DNA of 64,000 bases from Polyangiales bacterium (GTDB lineage: Bacteria; Myxococcota_A; Polyangia; Polyangiales; CBDCBC01). The DNA is taken from positions 1,416,298-1,480,297 of the forward strand of contig OZ243942.1 in NCBI GenBank assembly GCA_965214225.1, given 5' to 3'. Positions 9,368-18,751 of the stretch are shown in pieces (the first letter of the stretch is position 1; each line of letters begins with the position of its first letter). The translations under genes and the position numbers were made by a program. The notes under the pieces were generated by a model that searched no databases, was not told where the DNA came from, and worked only from the letters and a program-made list of their open reading frames with translations.

Positions 9368-9790
9368 ATGAGCCTAGACATGCACGCCACAGCACCCTCG
9401 GGCCGACACCGGCGCCGTCTTTCACGACTTGTTTTGATGTTGGGCCTCCTCGGGGTAGCTTGGAGCTTCTTCCGCCAACGCCCCGTCGCCTGCTCCCTGA
9501 CGTTTACGCTGCCTCGACCAACGCATGCTCCGGCGGCCGAGTTTATCTATTGGAGCGACTCGCAGACCAAGCTCCACACGCGCTTGCGGATCGACAAAGC
9601 GCCTGCTTTCAGCCTAGACGATCGCATAAGCCTCGAGCCCGGAGCGTATTGTGTGGAGCTTCACTTGCAAGAGTCGGAACAGGTTCGAAAATACGAGGGG
9701 AATGTTCGCATCGAGCGCAAGAGTCTCATCGACTCTGACAACGCGCTTTTGCGCATAAGCGTGCGGCCAAGTCGCTCGCCCTGCAGCTGA
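9368..9790 (+). CDS. hypothetical membrane-anchored protein
   Basis: ATG at 9368. It has a basic N-terminus, then the TM helix LSRLVLMLGLLGVAWSFF, then a beta-rich region. I recognise no family. Confidence 0.4.
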   Translation: MSLDMHATAPSGRHRRRLSRLVLMLGLLGVAWSFFRQRPVACSLTFTLPRPTHAPAAEFIYWSDSQTKLHTRLRIDKAPAFSLDDRISLEPGAYCVELHLQESEQVRKYEGNVRIERKSLIDSDNALLRISVRPSRSPCS

Positions 9791-9900
9791 GGCACGCCGT
9801 TCGCCCTGCATGAGGTGGCCCACGCGCCAGCCTCGCCAAATGGCGCCCGACGCCCCGCTCGTACGCGCCACAGGTAAGCAAAGGCGCGCCGTGTCATTAG

Positions 9901-9985
9901 GCTCAGCAAGCACTGCAGCTCAGCAAGCACTGCAGCTCAGCAAGCACTGCAGCTCAGCAAGCACTGCAGCTCAGCAAGCGCTGGA
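9901..9985. repeat. Tandem repeat, 17 bp x5 (GCTCAGCAAGCACTGCA)
   Basis: Four perfect units and one degenerate unit. The period is not a multiple of 3, so the track ORF 9810.. that crosses it is unlikely to be coding there. Confidence 0.9.
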
Positions 9986-10070
9986 AGAAGGTGCGACAAC
10001 GTCCATGCTCTTGAAAGCGGCGGTGAGAGCACGCACGCCCACCGGAGTTGAGCAGCCATCGGCTGACGCT

Positions 10071-12662
10071 ATGATACACCCTCTAATGGCTCGCCACCGC
10101 CCGCTGCTATGTCTGAGCGCCTCGTGCGCTGCGGTTCTGCTGATGCTGACGATGGTCAGAGGATGCGACATTGCTGGACGGACGTGGGTCCAACTGATCC
10201 TCACCTGCATCTGTGCCGCCTCGGTCACCGGCGCCACAGCAAGAGCGCACGTGCCTCTCCGCCATCTCGCCTTCTGGAGAGATGCTTCTGCGCAGGAACG
10301 CGCTCGCCTCGCGCTGCTTACGGCCTTATTCGCGTTGCTGATCTTCGCACTCTACCAGGCCGTGCCTTGGCTAATCGGGGCCGTGCTCGTCGCACTGCTC
10401 GCTTTGCTGTGGCGGCGGACCCACCTTCGCGTGCCACTCATGTTTGCCATGTTCACACTCCCGTGGTTGGGGACCATGGGGCTGTGGGATCCTTGGGAGA
10501 CACACTACGCGGAAGTCGCCCGCCAGATACTCGCACGCGGAGATTGGCTGAGTCTTTGGTCTCACCAGGAAACGTGGTTCTGGTCGAAGCCGGTCTTCAT
10601 CTTCTGGTCCGAAGCTCTGCTGATGCGCACGTTTGGCGTCGAGTTCGGAGCCGATGCTAACTCGCTGCACCCAGAGTGGGCGGTGCGAATCCCAAGCTTC
10701 TTATTCGCTTGGCTGATGATGGTCGCACTGAACCATCTGCTTCGAAAGTTCTCCACGCGTTGTGCGGAAACAGTGACCATCGTGGCTTTGGCAACGTGCC
10801 CGATGTTTCTCTTTCTTTCTCATCAGGCAACAACCGACATGGCCCTCACCTCGTGCGTGACAGTCGCAATGTGCTTATGGTTTTACGCCTTCGAGAGAGA
10901 GCGCATCGACGTGACGGAGACGAGGCGCTCGCAGCTACATGCCGCAGGCTTCATCATGCTCCTGTCAGCTTTTGTTCTTCCGCAGATCGCCTACCTCGCT
11001 TCCCTCAACTTGGGCTGGGCTGAACAGTGGCTCTCGTGGCGGCCTGACAGCTTCCTATTTGGCTCCCCTGGGAATGCAGATGTGATGGGTCATCAAGCCC
11101 TCGCGGTGCACCCGCCAGCACACCGGATGTTCCCGCCGGCGCTGCAGGCATGCTGCTGGCTACTCGTCTTCGGCACGCTCGCTGCGCGCCTGCGCAACGT
11201 TTCCGCAACCAGATGGCCCTTGTGGCTTGGCTACTTTTTTTGTGGCATCGGCATGCTAACCAAAGGCCTGCTCGGCTTAGCTCTGCCCGGACTTGTTGCT
11301 GCACTTCACCTGACACTGGAGAAGCGCTGGCGGCTGTGGCGTGAGGGGAAGCTAGAGCTGATCAATGGGTTTCTCATCTTCGCGGTCACAGCGGGTCCTT
11401 GGTACGTGGCAGTCTACGTGCGGCATGGAGCTCCCTTCATTCAGCGCCTGTTCATCCACGACCATTTCACGCGTCTGATAGAAGGTGTGCACGGCGACTC
11501 GGGCTCTCTCTTCTACTACGTCGAACAGCTGGGATACGCACTCTTCCCGTGGATAGGCCTGTTCCCCCTGTGCTTTTTGCCCCAACGCTTCTTGCCCCAA
11601 CAAGGAGGCACTGCCACTGCACGACTGAAAACCTTCCTGACGCTCTGGGCTTTGGTTCCTTTCACCTTAATCAGCCTGATGGCCACCAAGTACCACCACT
11701 ACCTTTTCCCGGTGGTGCCGCCGATGGTGGCGCTCATCGGTTTGAGCACAGCTGAGTTGATTTTCCCGCTCTACCGCGGGGCGCAAGACGCATGGTACGC
11801 GCTCGCACTCCTCCTGGGGTGCCTGGTCGTCGTTGGTGTGTTTCTCATTGTGGCAGGCAAGCTTCCGCAGATCGCTTCCGGACCTGTTGCCTCCACCGTT
11901 CACGAGCAGAGCCAACTCCTCCTCGGCATGCTGTGTTTGGTGCTAGCCACGGGTCTCGTGATCTTGCTGGTTCAGCAGAGGCGTCGTAGCCTAAGCGGAG
12001 GCGCTGACCAGTCGGCTTGGATCCCCTGCAGAGCCGGACTTCTCTGCGGAGCCGGGCTTCTCTGCGGAGCAGCGACGGTGGCGGGCGTCGGTTACTATCT
12101 CTACCGCAACAGCGGGACTCGGCCCTTCGGCGTCGAAAGGCTCGCCCACCTTTTCACATACATGTACTCCAGACCTTGGCCAACCCACCTGGAGTTCCAG
12201 GCGGCGCTCGGCGCTATCACGCTGGGCGCCACATCGCTTCTGACGGTGGCCACTTCGCGCAGGCTTAGACTTCCAGCCTTCTATGCCTTCATGTGCGTGA
12301 CGCTCGCCAGCGGAACCTGGTGTATCCATGGCTACATGCGGGAGCTTGCGCCGCATTGGAGCCAGCGTGACTTAATCAAGCGCTACTACGCCACGCGCGC
12401 ATCTCCGCATGAGGAGCTTGCTGCTTGGCAGATGAACTGGCTCGGCGAATATTTCTACACGGGCGATCACATTTCCACCTTTGCTGATTTAGACACCACC
12501 GAATTTGAAGAATGGATCGGCCAGACGAACGGGCGCGTGTTCATCCTGCTTCAGCACCACCGGCTGCCTAAACTGCAACAACTGCTCTACCCCAGGGCAG
12601 TTAAGCCTCTCAGCGACAAGACGGAAAACAACAAGTACGTGCTCGTCTCAGTTCGGCTCTAG
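10071..12662 (+). CDS. GT-C fold membrane glycosyltransferase, family 39 (ArnT/PMT-like)
   Basis: Many TM helices. The N-terminal signature is WDPWETHYAEVARQILARGDWLSLWSHQETWFWSKPVFIFW, with a soluble C-terminal domain. The start was moved to MIHPLMARHRPLL, downstream of the 17-bp array. Confidence 0.8.
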   Translation: MIHPLMARHRPLLCLSASCAAVLLMLTMVRGCDIAGRTWVQLILTCICAASVTGATARAHVPLRHLAFWRDASAQERARLALLTALFALLIFALYQAVPWLIGAVLVALLALLWRRTHLRVPLMFAMFTLPWLGTMGLWDPWETHYAEVARQILARGDWLSLWSHQETWFWSKPVFIFWSEALLMRTFGVEFGADANSLHPEWAVRIPSFLFAWLMMVALNHLLRKFSTRCAETVTIVALATCPMFLFLSHQATTDMALTSCVTVAMCLWFYAFERERIDVTETRRSQLHAAGFIMLLSAFVLPQIAYLASLNLGWAEQWLSWRPDSFLFGSPGNADVMGHQALAVHPPAHRMFPPALQACCWLLVFGTLAARLRNVSATRWPLWLGYFFCGIGMLTKGLLGLALPGLVAALHLTLEKRWRLWREGKLELINGFLIFAVTAGPWYVAVYVRHGAPFIQRLFIHDHFTRLIEGVHGDSGSLFYYVEQLGYALFPWIGLFPLCFLPQRFLPQQGGTATARLKTFLTLWALVPFTLISLMATKYHHYLFPVVPPMVALIGLSTAELIFPLYRGAQDAWYALALLLGCLVVVGVFLIVAGKLPQIASGPVASTVHEQSQLLLGMLCLVLATGLVILLVQQRRRSLSGGADQSAWIPCRAGLLCGAGLLCGAATVAGVGYYLYRNSGTRPFGVERLAHLFTYMYSRPWPTHLEFQAALGAITLGATSLLTVATSRRLRLPAFYAFMCVTLASGTWCIHGYMRELAPHWSQRDLIKRYYATRASPHEELAAWQMNWLGEYFYTGDHISTFADLDTTEFEEWIGQTNGRVFILLQHHRLPKLQQLLYPRAVKPLSDKTENNKYVLVSVRL
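12031..12071. repeat. In-frame tandem repeat, 18 bp x2.3, inside the GT39 gene (GLLCGA GLLCGA)
   Basis: GAGCCGGACTTCTCTGCG / GAGCCGGGCTTCTCTGCG / GAGCA, read directly. Confidence 0.8.
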
Positions 12663-12826
12663 AGCGAGAGCGCGGGATGCAGAGCCGGAGCGCGGCATTG
12701 CGCCTGCATTAGCCTCGCGGCGCATGCGGCTTCAGCCAATCCCAAGAGCGAAGCTTTCCCGTGGGGTTTCTCTTGAGCCTCCCACAACAACGCATGCTCG
12801 CGCTGAGCATCCGCAGGCGGTTGCGG

Positions 12827-12910
<84 letters not shown>

Positions 12911-12972
12911 GTCCGGGCCACGCTAAATGCAGACCGCTTTTCTGTCAAGCCGCCGCAGGTCACGCGTTGGAA

Positions 12973-13008
12973 CTGCTAGTGGCCCTTGTGCTGCTAGTCG
13001 CCCTCGTG
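12973..13008. repeat. Tandem repeat, 18 bp x2 (CTGCTAGTGGCCCTTGTG)
   Basis: Read directly. It is intergenic, between tRNA-Leu(CAG) and the nitroreductase stop. Confidence 0.75.
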
Positions 13009-13024
13009 CTTCAGCGCGACTCGG

Positions 13025-13585
13025 CTAAGCTGACGTAGCCACTGAATGGAGCGGGCGACGCCGCCGCGGCTTCTTTTCATCCTGGGCGGGCCTGCCCGCC
13101 CAAATGAATCCAACGATTTCCTCTTCTTCGCTGTTGACGCCAAGCAGCTCGTAGGTCGCCCGAGCTTGCGTCACTGCGCCAGTGCTCCACTTGGTGCCAA
13201 ATCCTGCACTCCAGAGCGACAGCATGAACCCGTAGATGGCGCAGGAGACCGCTGCGTAATCTTCCTTTCGCACCTCGGGACGCTCATCCAACACCTGGCT
13301 TGGGACGACGAGGGCAGCCGGATCGAGCATCTTGCGCAAGGTTTTTTCCCGCTTGCTGTCGTTAGTGGACCCGCCTTTGCTCTCCGCCTTGAGCTCCAGC
13401 GCCACCTCAACCAGCTTGCTTCGTACCGCTCGAGTCACCTCACGAAACCTCCACGGTTCCGTTAGCTTATGGTTAGGAGCGGACACCGCAGCTTGGTACG
13501 CGCGCTGCAACACTTCATGTGGCACCGGCTCGCTTTGAAAGAGATGCACCGTCCGACGCCCCGTGAGTGCCTCGTGCACGTCCAT
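13025..13585 (-). CDS. nitroreductase family protein
   Basis: The N-terminus is MDVHEALTGRRTVHLFQSEPVP...AVSAPNHKLTEPWRF, and the length is typical at 186 aa. Confidence 0.85.
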   Translation of the reverse strand: MDVHEALTGRRTVHLFQSEPVPHEVLQRAYQAAVSAPNHKLTEPWRFREVTRAVRSKLVEVALELKAESKGGSTNDSKREKTLRKMLDPAALVVPSQVLDERPEVRKEDYAAVSCAIYGFMLSLWSAGFGTKWSTGAVTQARATYELLGVNSEEEEIVGFIWAGRPAQDEKKPRRRRPLHSVATSA

Positions 13586-13587
13586 GC

Positions 13588-15033
13588 TTATCCGTTCCTC
13601 TTCTGAGTTTGCGGCTTCTTTCCTTTTTCTCCAGCACGCTCTCTAAGGCGCGCACGCAGACGCTCCGCGTACTGCTCCTTCAGGGTTGTGTCGGCTCTTG
13701 TTAGAACAAGCGAGTCTGCTGGAACATCTTGTGTCACCGTCGTCCCTGTTCCCACGTACGCGCCCTCACCCACGGTCACAGGCGCCACAAGCTGACTGTC
13801 GCTGCCGATGAACACATTTTTTTCAATCGTGGTGGTGTGTTTGCCGAAGCCATCGTAGTTACAAAAGATAGTACCCGCCCCGATATTGACATGCTCACGA
13901 ATGTCGCCGTTGCCCAGGTAGGCGAGGTGATTGGCCTTCGATCCTTCTCCTAAACGGGTCTGCTTGGTTTCCACGAAGTTGCCTACCTGAGAATCCTTTT
14001 CCAGGTGCGAGCCAGGACGCAAGTGTGCAAACGGTCCAACCCGGGCTCCTTGCCCGACCACGCTGCTTTCGGCGACTGTGTAGGAACGCAAATGCGCGTC
14101 GTTGCCAACCTCGACATCCCGCAAGACAACGCCGGCGTCGACCCGCACGTTCTCCCCCACACGGGTGGTCCCGCGGAAGACGGCTCCAGGCTCAATCCGC
14201 GTTCCGGCCCCAATCACGACGTCACGATCGAACTGAACGCGGGCCGGGTCAACGATTGTCACGCCACGCTCAAGGTGCTGCGCTGCCAGTTGCTGCTGGA
14301 GCCGCGCCGATACACGCGCCAGGTCCGACTGCGTGTTTACGCCGGAAAGCAGACGCATCTCGCCGCGGACATCTGCAATTCTTCCTGCTCGGGCGGCCAA
14401 CTCCACAAGATCAGTCAGATAAAACTCCCCTTGCGCGTTGCTGCTCTCGATCTGCTCAAGCGCTTCACGGGCAAAGCTGCACTTCATCGCATAGATCCCG
14501 GGATTCACTTCCTGCAGCGCAAGTTCCTCCGCAGAGCAGTCCCTATGCTCTCGGATGGCCGACACTTCACCTTCGTGACTCCTGCAAATCCTCCCATAAC
14601 CTGACGGGTCCTCGAGGAAGCCGGTCACCAAACCAAGCACCTGGCCTGCCCTCTGCGTGTGCGTGACTAGGTTCTCCAGCAAAGACGCAGGAACGAGAGG
14701 GACATCGCCATACAGCACTACCAACCAGTTAGATAGCTCCGCATGGTTGTGGAGAGCGGCCCGAAGGGCATCGCCGGTGCCGAGCTGATTCTCCTGCGTT
14801 GCGAATGCGATGCGGTCGGCAGCCTGATGCCGACCCAGCGCACAACGCAGAGCCTCACTCTCAGGATCTGTGACGACCACCACCCGCGAGGCGCCAGCAG
14901 CAAACGCCGCATCAACAGGGTAGAAAACCAAGGGCGCACCCGACAGGTCGTGCAACACCTTGGGTGTCTTGCTACGCATCCGCGTCCCTTTACCTGCAGC
15001 CAAAACAACTGCGGTCCAAGCATCCGATGACAT
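13588..15033 (-). CDS. glmU: bifunctional GlcNAc-1-P uridyltransferase / GlcN-1-P acetyltransferase GlmU
   Basis: The motif VVLAAGKGTRMRSKTPKVLH is followed by a C-terminal left-handed beta-helix hexapeptide region and a short basic tail. The start was moved to MSSDAWTAVV (ATG at 15033); the track ORF extends through the tandem repeats at 15055-15158. Confidence 0.92.
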   Translation of the reverse strand: MSSDAWTAVVLAAGKGTRMRSKTPKVLHDLSGAPLVFYPVDAAFAAGASRVVVVTDPESEALRCALGRHQAADRIAFATQENQLGTGDALRAALHNHAELSNWLVVLYGDVPLVPASLLENLVTHTQRAGQVLGLVTGFLEDPSGYGRICRSHEGEVSAIREHRDCSAEELALQEVNPGIYAMKCSFAREALEQIESSNAQGEFYLTDLVELAARAGRIADVRGEMRLLSGVNTQSDLARVSARLQQQLAAQHLERGVTIVDPARVQFDRDVVIGAGTRIEPGAVFRGTTRVGENVRVDAGVVLRDVEVGNDAHLRSYTVAESSVVGQGARVGPFAHLRPGSHLEKDSQVGNFVETKQTRLGEGSKANHLAYLGNGDIREHVNIGAGTIFCNYDGFGKHTTTIEKNVFIGSDSQLVAPVTVGEGAYVGTGTTVTQDVPADSLVLTRADTTLKEQYAERLRARLRERAGEKGKKPQTQKRNG

Positions 15034-15054
15034 ACCGTACACTAAAGCGCTATC

Positions 15055-15158
15055 GCTCCACCCTGTCCAGTGCTCCACCCTGTCCCGTGCTCCACCTTGT
15101 CCAGCTACATCGAACCTGCCAGCTACATCGAACCTGCCAGCTACATCGAACCCTCCGA
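15055..15158. repeat. Two abutting tandem arrays: 17 bp x3 (GCTCCACCCTGTCCAGT) then 18 bp x3 (CTACATCGAACCTGCCAG)
   Basis: Read directly. They begin 22 bp upstream of the glmU start codon. Confidence 0.9.
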
Positions 15159-15287
15159 GCCACTCCAGGGCGTAGAGCACTGCGCATCCGGGGTTCGACG
15201 TACGCAGAACCAATCTCTGATGCCCTTTGTAAAGCAGCCTTTACACAGCATGCCGCGGCGCCATGAGTCCACTTCACCCCCCGAGAG

Positions 15288-16469
15288 TTACCTCAGACGG
15301 CTTGAGGCAGTCGCTCCAGCAGAGGCACTGGCAGGCACAATAGCGGCGGCCAGATGCGCCAAATGCGCGATGCCCTGAGGCGCATCGTCCTGGACGTTGA
15401 CCTGATAAGTTGCAGCGTGCGAACCGGCGAAGTGACTTAGCCGTTGCATCTGCGCACGCTCCGATGCGACGAGCGCAGCATGGGATCGGAGCAGACGCCT
15501 CACGGGTTTGGAGGCACCTTCGTGATCGGCGGGATGATCGGCGGGATGATCGGCGGGATGATCGGCGGGATGATCGGCGGAGTGACCGGCGGGATGATCG
15601 GCGGAGTGACCGGCGGGATGCACGGGGTGTTGCACATGGTTGACGATGAGTGCATCGAGTTTCAACGCACGCGCGCGCAGAAAGCGAACGAGGTCTTCGG
15701 CACGATTCACTGCATGACTTGTTGGACGCGTCACAATCGCAAAACCGCAGGTCTCGGAGCGCAATAATTGCTGCACACTCGCCGAGCGGTCAACAAGGCC
15801 TTCCAGCAGGACCTCAAACTGTGAGGCAAACTCAGACACCGCTGCGAGAAACTCGGCGCCGGTGATCTTTGCTAATGCGCTAACAATCAGCTGACTTCCC
15901 TTGCCTAGAAGCTGGCGCAGCATGCCCCCACGCTGCGCATCCGAGATCCAACGCAATACGGGCGAGCGCAGCCCATCCTGAAGCTTCTGCGGAGCATCAA
16001 ATAAGTCAACAGCGTTGGATGCGGGAGGCGTGTCGAGCACGATTAGGTCGAAGTCTTGACTGCGCGCGGCGTCCAGCAGCCTTTCCATCGCCATATATTC
16101 CTGGATGCCAGCCAACGACTGCGAGAGTTGCATGTAAATCGGGTTGCTCAAGATCCGTTGAGCCCGTTCCGGCGTGTCCGCATGACGTTTCACCAGAGTG
16201 TCGAAGGTGTGCTTGGCGCTCAACATGGCTACATCAAGCGAACCCTCGCCGCCCATGCCGTCGAGTGCAACCGGTTGTGTTTCCCTCTCACCCACCTGCA
16301 GACCGAGCGACTCGGCCAAGCGCTTTGCGGGATCCACAGTGAGGCAAAGAACGCGCCTTCCGCGCATCGCTGCCCCTAAAGCAAGTGCTGCCGACATGGT
16401 GGTCTTGCCTACGCCGCCCGCCCCCGCACACACCACAATACGGCGCTCAGCTAGTGTCTCCCAGATCAT
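15288..16469 (-). CDS. ArsA/Get3-like P-loop ATPase with a His-rich repeat insertion
   Basis: The deviant Walker A is VCAGAGGVGKTT, followed by LTVDPAKRLAESLGL. The insertion HPAGHSADHPAGHSADHPADHPADHPADHPADH is encoded by the array at 15524-15619. Confidence 0.85.
   Translation of the reverse strand: MIWETLAERRIVVCAGAGGVGKTTMSAALALGAAMRGRRVLCLTVDPAKRLAESLGLQVGERETQPVALDGMGGEGSLDVAMLSAKHTFDTLVKRHADTPERAQRILSNPIYMQLSQSLAGIQEYMAMERLLDAARSQDFDLIVLDTPPASNAVDLFDAPQKLQDGLRSPVLRWISDAQRGGMLRQLLGKGSQLIVSALAKITGAEFLAAVSEFASQFEVLLEGLVDRSASVQQLLRSETCGFAIVTRPTSHAVNRAEDLVRFLRARALKLDALIVNHVQHPVHPAGHSADHPAGHSADHPADHPADHPADHPADHEGASKPVRRLLRSHAALVASERAQMQRLSHFAGSHAATYQVNVQDDAPQGIAHLAHLAAAIVPASASAGATASSRLR
15524..15619. 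repeat. In-frame coding tandem repeat: 12 bp x4 (GATCGGCGGGAT) then 24 bp x2
   Basis: Read directly. On the minus strand it encodes (HPAD)n / (HPAGHSAD)n within the ArsA-like ATPase. Confidence 0.9.
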
Positions 16470-16522
16470 CGCTCAACACATCCAGATCGAACAGCCCCGG
16501 CACCTACGAAGAGAAACCAGCA

Positions 16523-17464
16523 TCATGAACCTGCGTTCAGCGAAGCTGCCATGACTTGAGCAGCTCCTTGAGCCAGCAACTCATGGGCAACCCGCACCCC
16601 CAGATTGTCTGCCTGATCATCAGACACAGGCGAGCCGTGCACTTCTTGAACACAGCGCAGCACCTGCGTGCCATCTACACGTGCGACAAGCCCCTCTAGG
16701 CGAAGAATCTGCTCGCTGTAGGTCGCATGCCCTGCAATGGGCGCGTGGCAGTTTCCTTCGAGAGTTCGAAGCAGCGCACGCTCGGCGCGTGCTTCAGTCC
16801 ATGCCTTCGGGTCACAGATGCGCTGCACCAGAGCCTGCGTTTCCTGATCATCCTTGCGAAGCTCCAGGGCCAAGCAGCCCTGTCCGACGGCTGGCAACAT
16901 GGTGCGCGATTCCAAAGGGGTCGCGTACTGCTTCGCAATGCCGAGCCTTCGCAAGCCTGCCATTGCCAAAACGATGCCATCAAAGGTCCCCTCCTCCAGC
17001 CGTCGGATGCGGGTACCCACATTGCCTCGCAGAGGTTGAATCACTAAATCGGGCCGCAGGCTGCGAAGCTGGCTGGCTCGCCGCAGCGAGGACGTGCCGA
17101 TTCGTGCACCTCTTGGAAGAGTGTCAAGGCTGCCTGCGTCTTGGGTGAGCAGCGCATCGCGTGGATCCTCTCTTGCGGGAACGCACGCGATGCAAAGGCC
17201 AGGAGCCTGTTCCGCCGGCATGTCCTTGAGCGAATGAACAGCCAGGTCTGCATCTCCTGTGCGTACCATGTCTTGAACTTCGGAGACAAAGAGCCCTTTG
17301 CCGCCAATCGACTGCAGGGGTTGATCCGCAAAACGGTCCCCCTTGGATAGGATGGCATGCTCTTCGATACGGAGATCCGCAACGTGTGCCTTAAGAGCTT
17401 CCCCTACCCACTGCACCTGAGCTCTAGCCAGTCGGCTGGTTCTCGTCGCTATCCTGAGGGTCAT
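16523..17464 (-). CDS. hemC: hydroxymethylbilane synthase (porphobilinogen deaminase)
   Basis: LRIATRTSRLARAQ at the N-terminus, GTRIRRL, 313 aa. It overlaps the hemA stop by 4 nt. Confidence 0.92.
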   Translation of the reverse strand: MTLRIATRTSRLARAQVQWVGEALKAHVADLRIEEHAILSKGDRFADQPLQSIGGKGLFVSEVQDMVRTGDADLAVHSLKDMPAEQAPGLCIACVPAREDPRDALLTQDAGSLDTLPRGARIGTSSLRRASQLRSLRPDLVIQPLRGNVGTRIRRLEEGTFDGIVLAMAGLRRLGIAKQYATPLESRTMLPAVGQGCLALELRKDDQETQALVQRICDPKAWTEARAERALLRTLEGNCHAPIAGHATYSEQILRLEGLVARVDGTQVLRCVQEVHGSPVSDDQADNLGVRVAHELLAQGAAQVMAASLNAGS

Positions 17465-18750
17465 GAGCCTGCGCCTAGTTTAGCTTGAACTTCGTGCTCC
17501 GCCTGCTGATCATCGGCAGCTCCCGAAGGTTCTTTTCGCTCGCGAAGTTCAAAAAGCTGCTCCAACATCTCGACCAGATGCGCACGCTGAGCGTCCGACC
17601 GGCTGCGCTTGAGGTGCATGAGCGGCACGTGCAGCAGTTTGTTGGTGATGCGTTTGCTAATCTGATCGAGATCCACCGGTGCCGGTATGCGCTGCTGCTC
17701 CAGTTCGAGACGCACATGGTGCTGAAACCTTGAACGCAAGGCAACAATTGTTTCGGTGAGGGCAAGTGAATCCGACCATTCCGAAAACGCGCGCAGTTCT
17801 TCTTCGATGATCGTCTCAGCGAACGTTGCTTGCGTGGCTCTCGACTCTTCTCTGCTCTCAATGAGCTTTTGCAGATCGTCGAGATGGTAGAGGAAGACGT
17901 TATCCAACGTCTCCACCTCCGGCTCAACGTCACGAGGAAGTGCGATGTCGATGATGAAAAGGGGGCGGTGTCGACGTTGACGGAGCAAGGGCCGCACCTT
18001 CTCGCGGGTGATGAGAACCTGCGGGCTCGCTGTTGAAGAGATCACCACATCGGCAGAAACGAGATGAGCATCGAGGGCGTGTAAGGTTGCCGCCTGACCG
18101 CGGCAGGTCTCAGCCACGCGCTGCGCTCGCTCTAAACTGCGGTTGAGCACCGTGATTTCAGCCTGCTGCTCGGCAAGGTAACGCGCTGCTGCCTCACCCA
18201 TTTCCCCTGCACCGATTAGCAGCACCCCTCGTCTTCGCAGGTCTCCAAACACCTTCCGTGCAAGCTCGCACGCGAGCGATCCCACACTCACCGCACCTCG
18301 AGCGATAGTCGTCTCACTCCGGACGCGCTTCGCTGCGGATAAGGCTCTTTCGCAGGTACGCCCAAGCACCATGCCGACGGTTCCGCCTTGTTGCGCGCGA
18401 GCAAAAGCTTCTTTGACTTGTCCTAGGATCTGAGGCTCCCCGAGCACCATCGAATCGAGACTACTCGCTACGCGAAAAAGATGCCGCGCGGCTTCGGCCC
18501 CTCGATGCTCGTATAGGTACTTCGACACGTCCTGATTGGCGGCCTGGCTCAACAGCCGGCGAACCTCAATGGAGGCCTCTTCCGTGTTGCGATGCCTTGC
18601 GTACACCTCGAGGCGGTTACACGTCGAAAGCCACACCGTTTCATCCAGCACGGTTTGCGGGTAGTGTTCCTGCAGCGTGCGAGCAAGTGCCTCTCGCACA
18701 GTGACCGGTGCCGTGCGGTGCGATAGTCCGATAGCGAGCAAACTCTTCAT
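17461..18750 (-). CDS. hemA: glutamyl-tRNA reductase
   Basis: LLAIGLSHRTAPVTVRE, the active-site region STCNRLEVY, and the NADPH-binding motif LLIGAGEMGE. The start was moved to MKSLLAIGLSH. Confidence 0.92.
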   Translation of the reverse strand: MKSLLAIGLSHRTAPVTVREALARTLQEHYPQTVLDETVWLSTCNRLEVYARHRNTEEASIEVRRLLSQAANQDVSKYLYEHRGAEAARHLFRVASSLDSMVLGEPQILGQVKEAFARAQQGGTVGMVLGRTCERALSAAKRVRSETTIARGAVSVGSLACELARKVFGDLRRRGVLLIGAGEMGEAAARYLAEQQAEITVLNRSLERAQRVAETCRGQAATLHALDAHLVSADVVISSTASPQVLITREKVRPLLRQRRHRPLFIIDIALPRDVEPEVETLDNVFLYHLDDLQKLIESREESRATQATFAETIIEEELRAFSEWSDSLALTETIVALRSRFQHHVRLELEQQRIPAPVDLDQISKRITNKLLHVPLMHLKRSRSDAQRAHLVEMLEQLFELRERKEPSGAADDQQAEHEVQAKLGAGS

Positions 18751-18751
18751 C

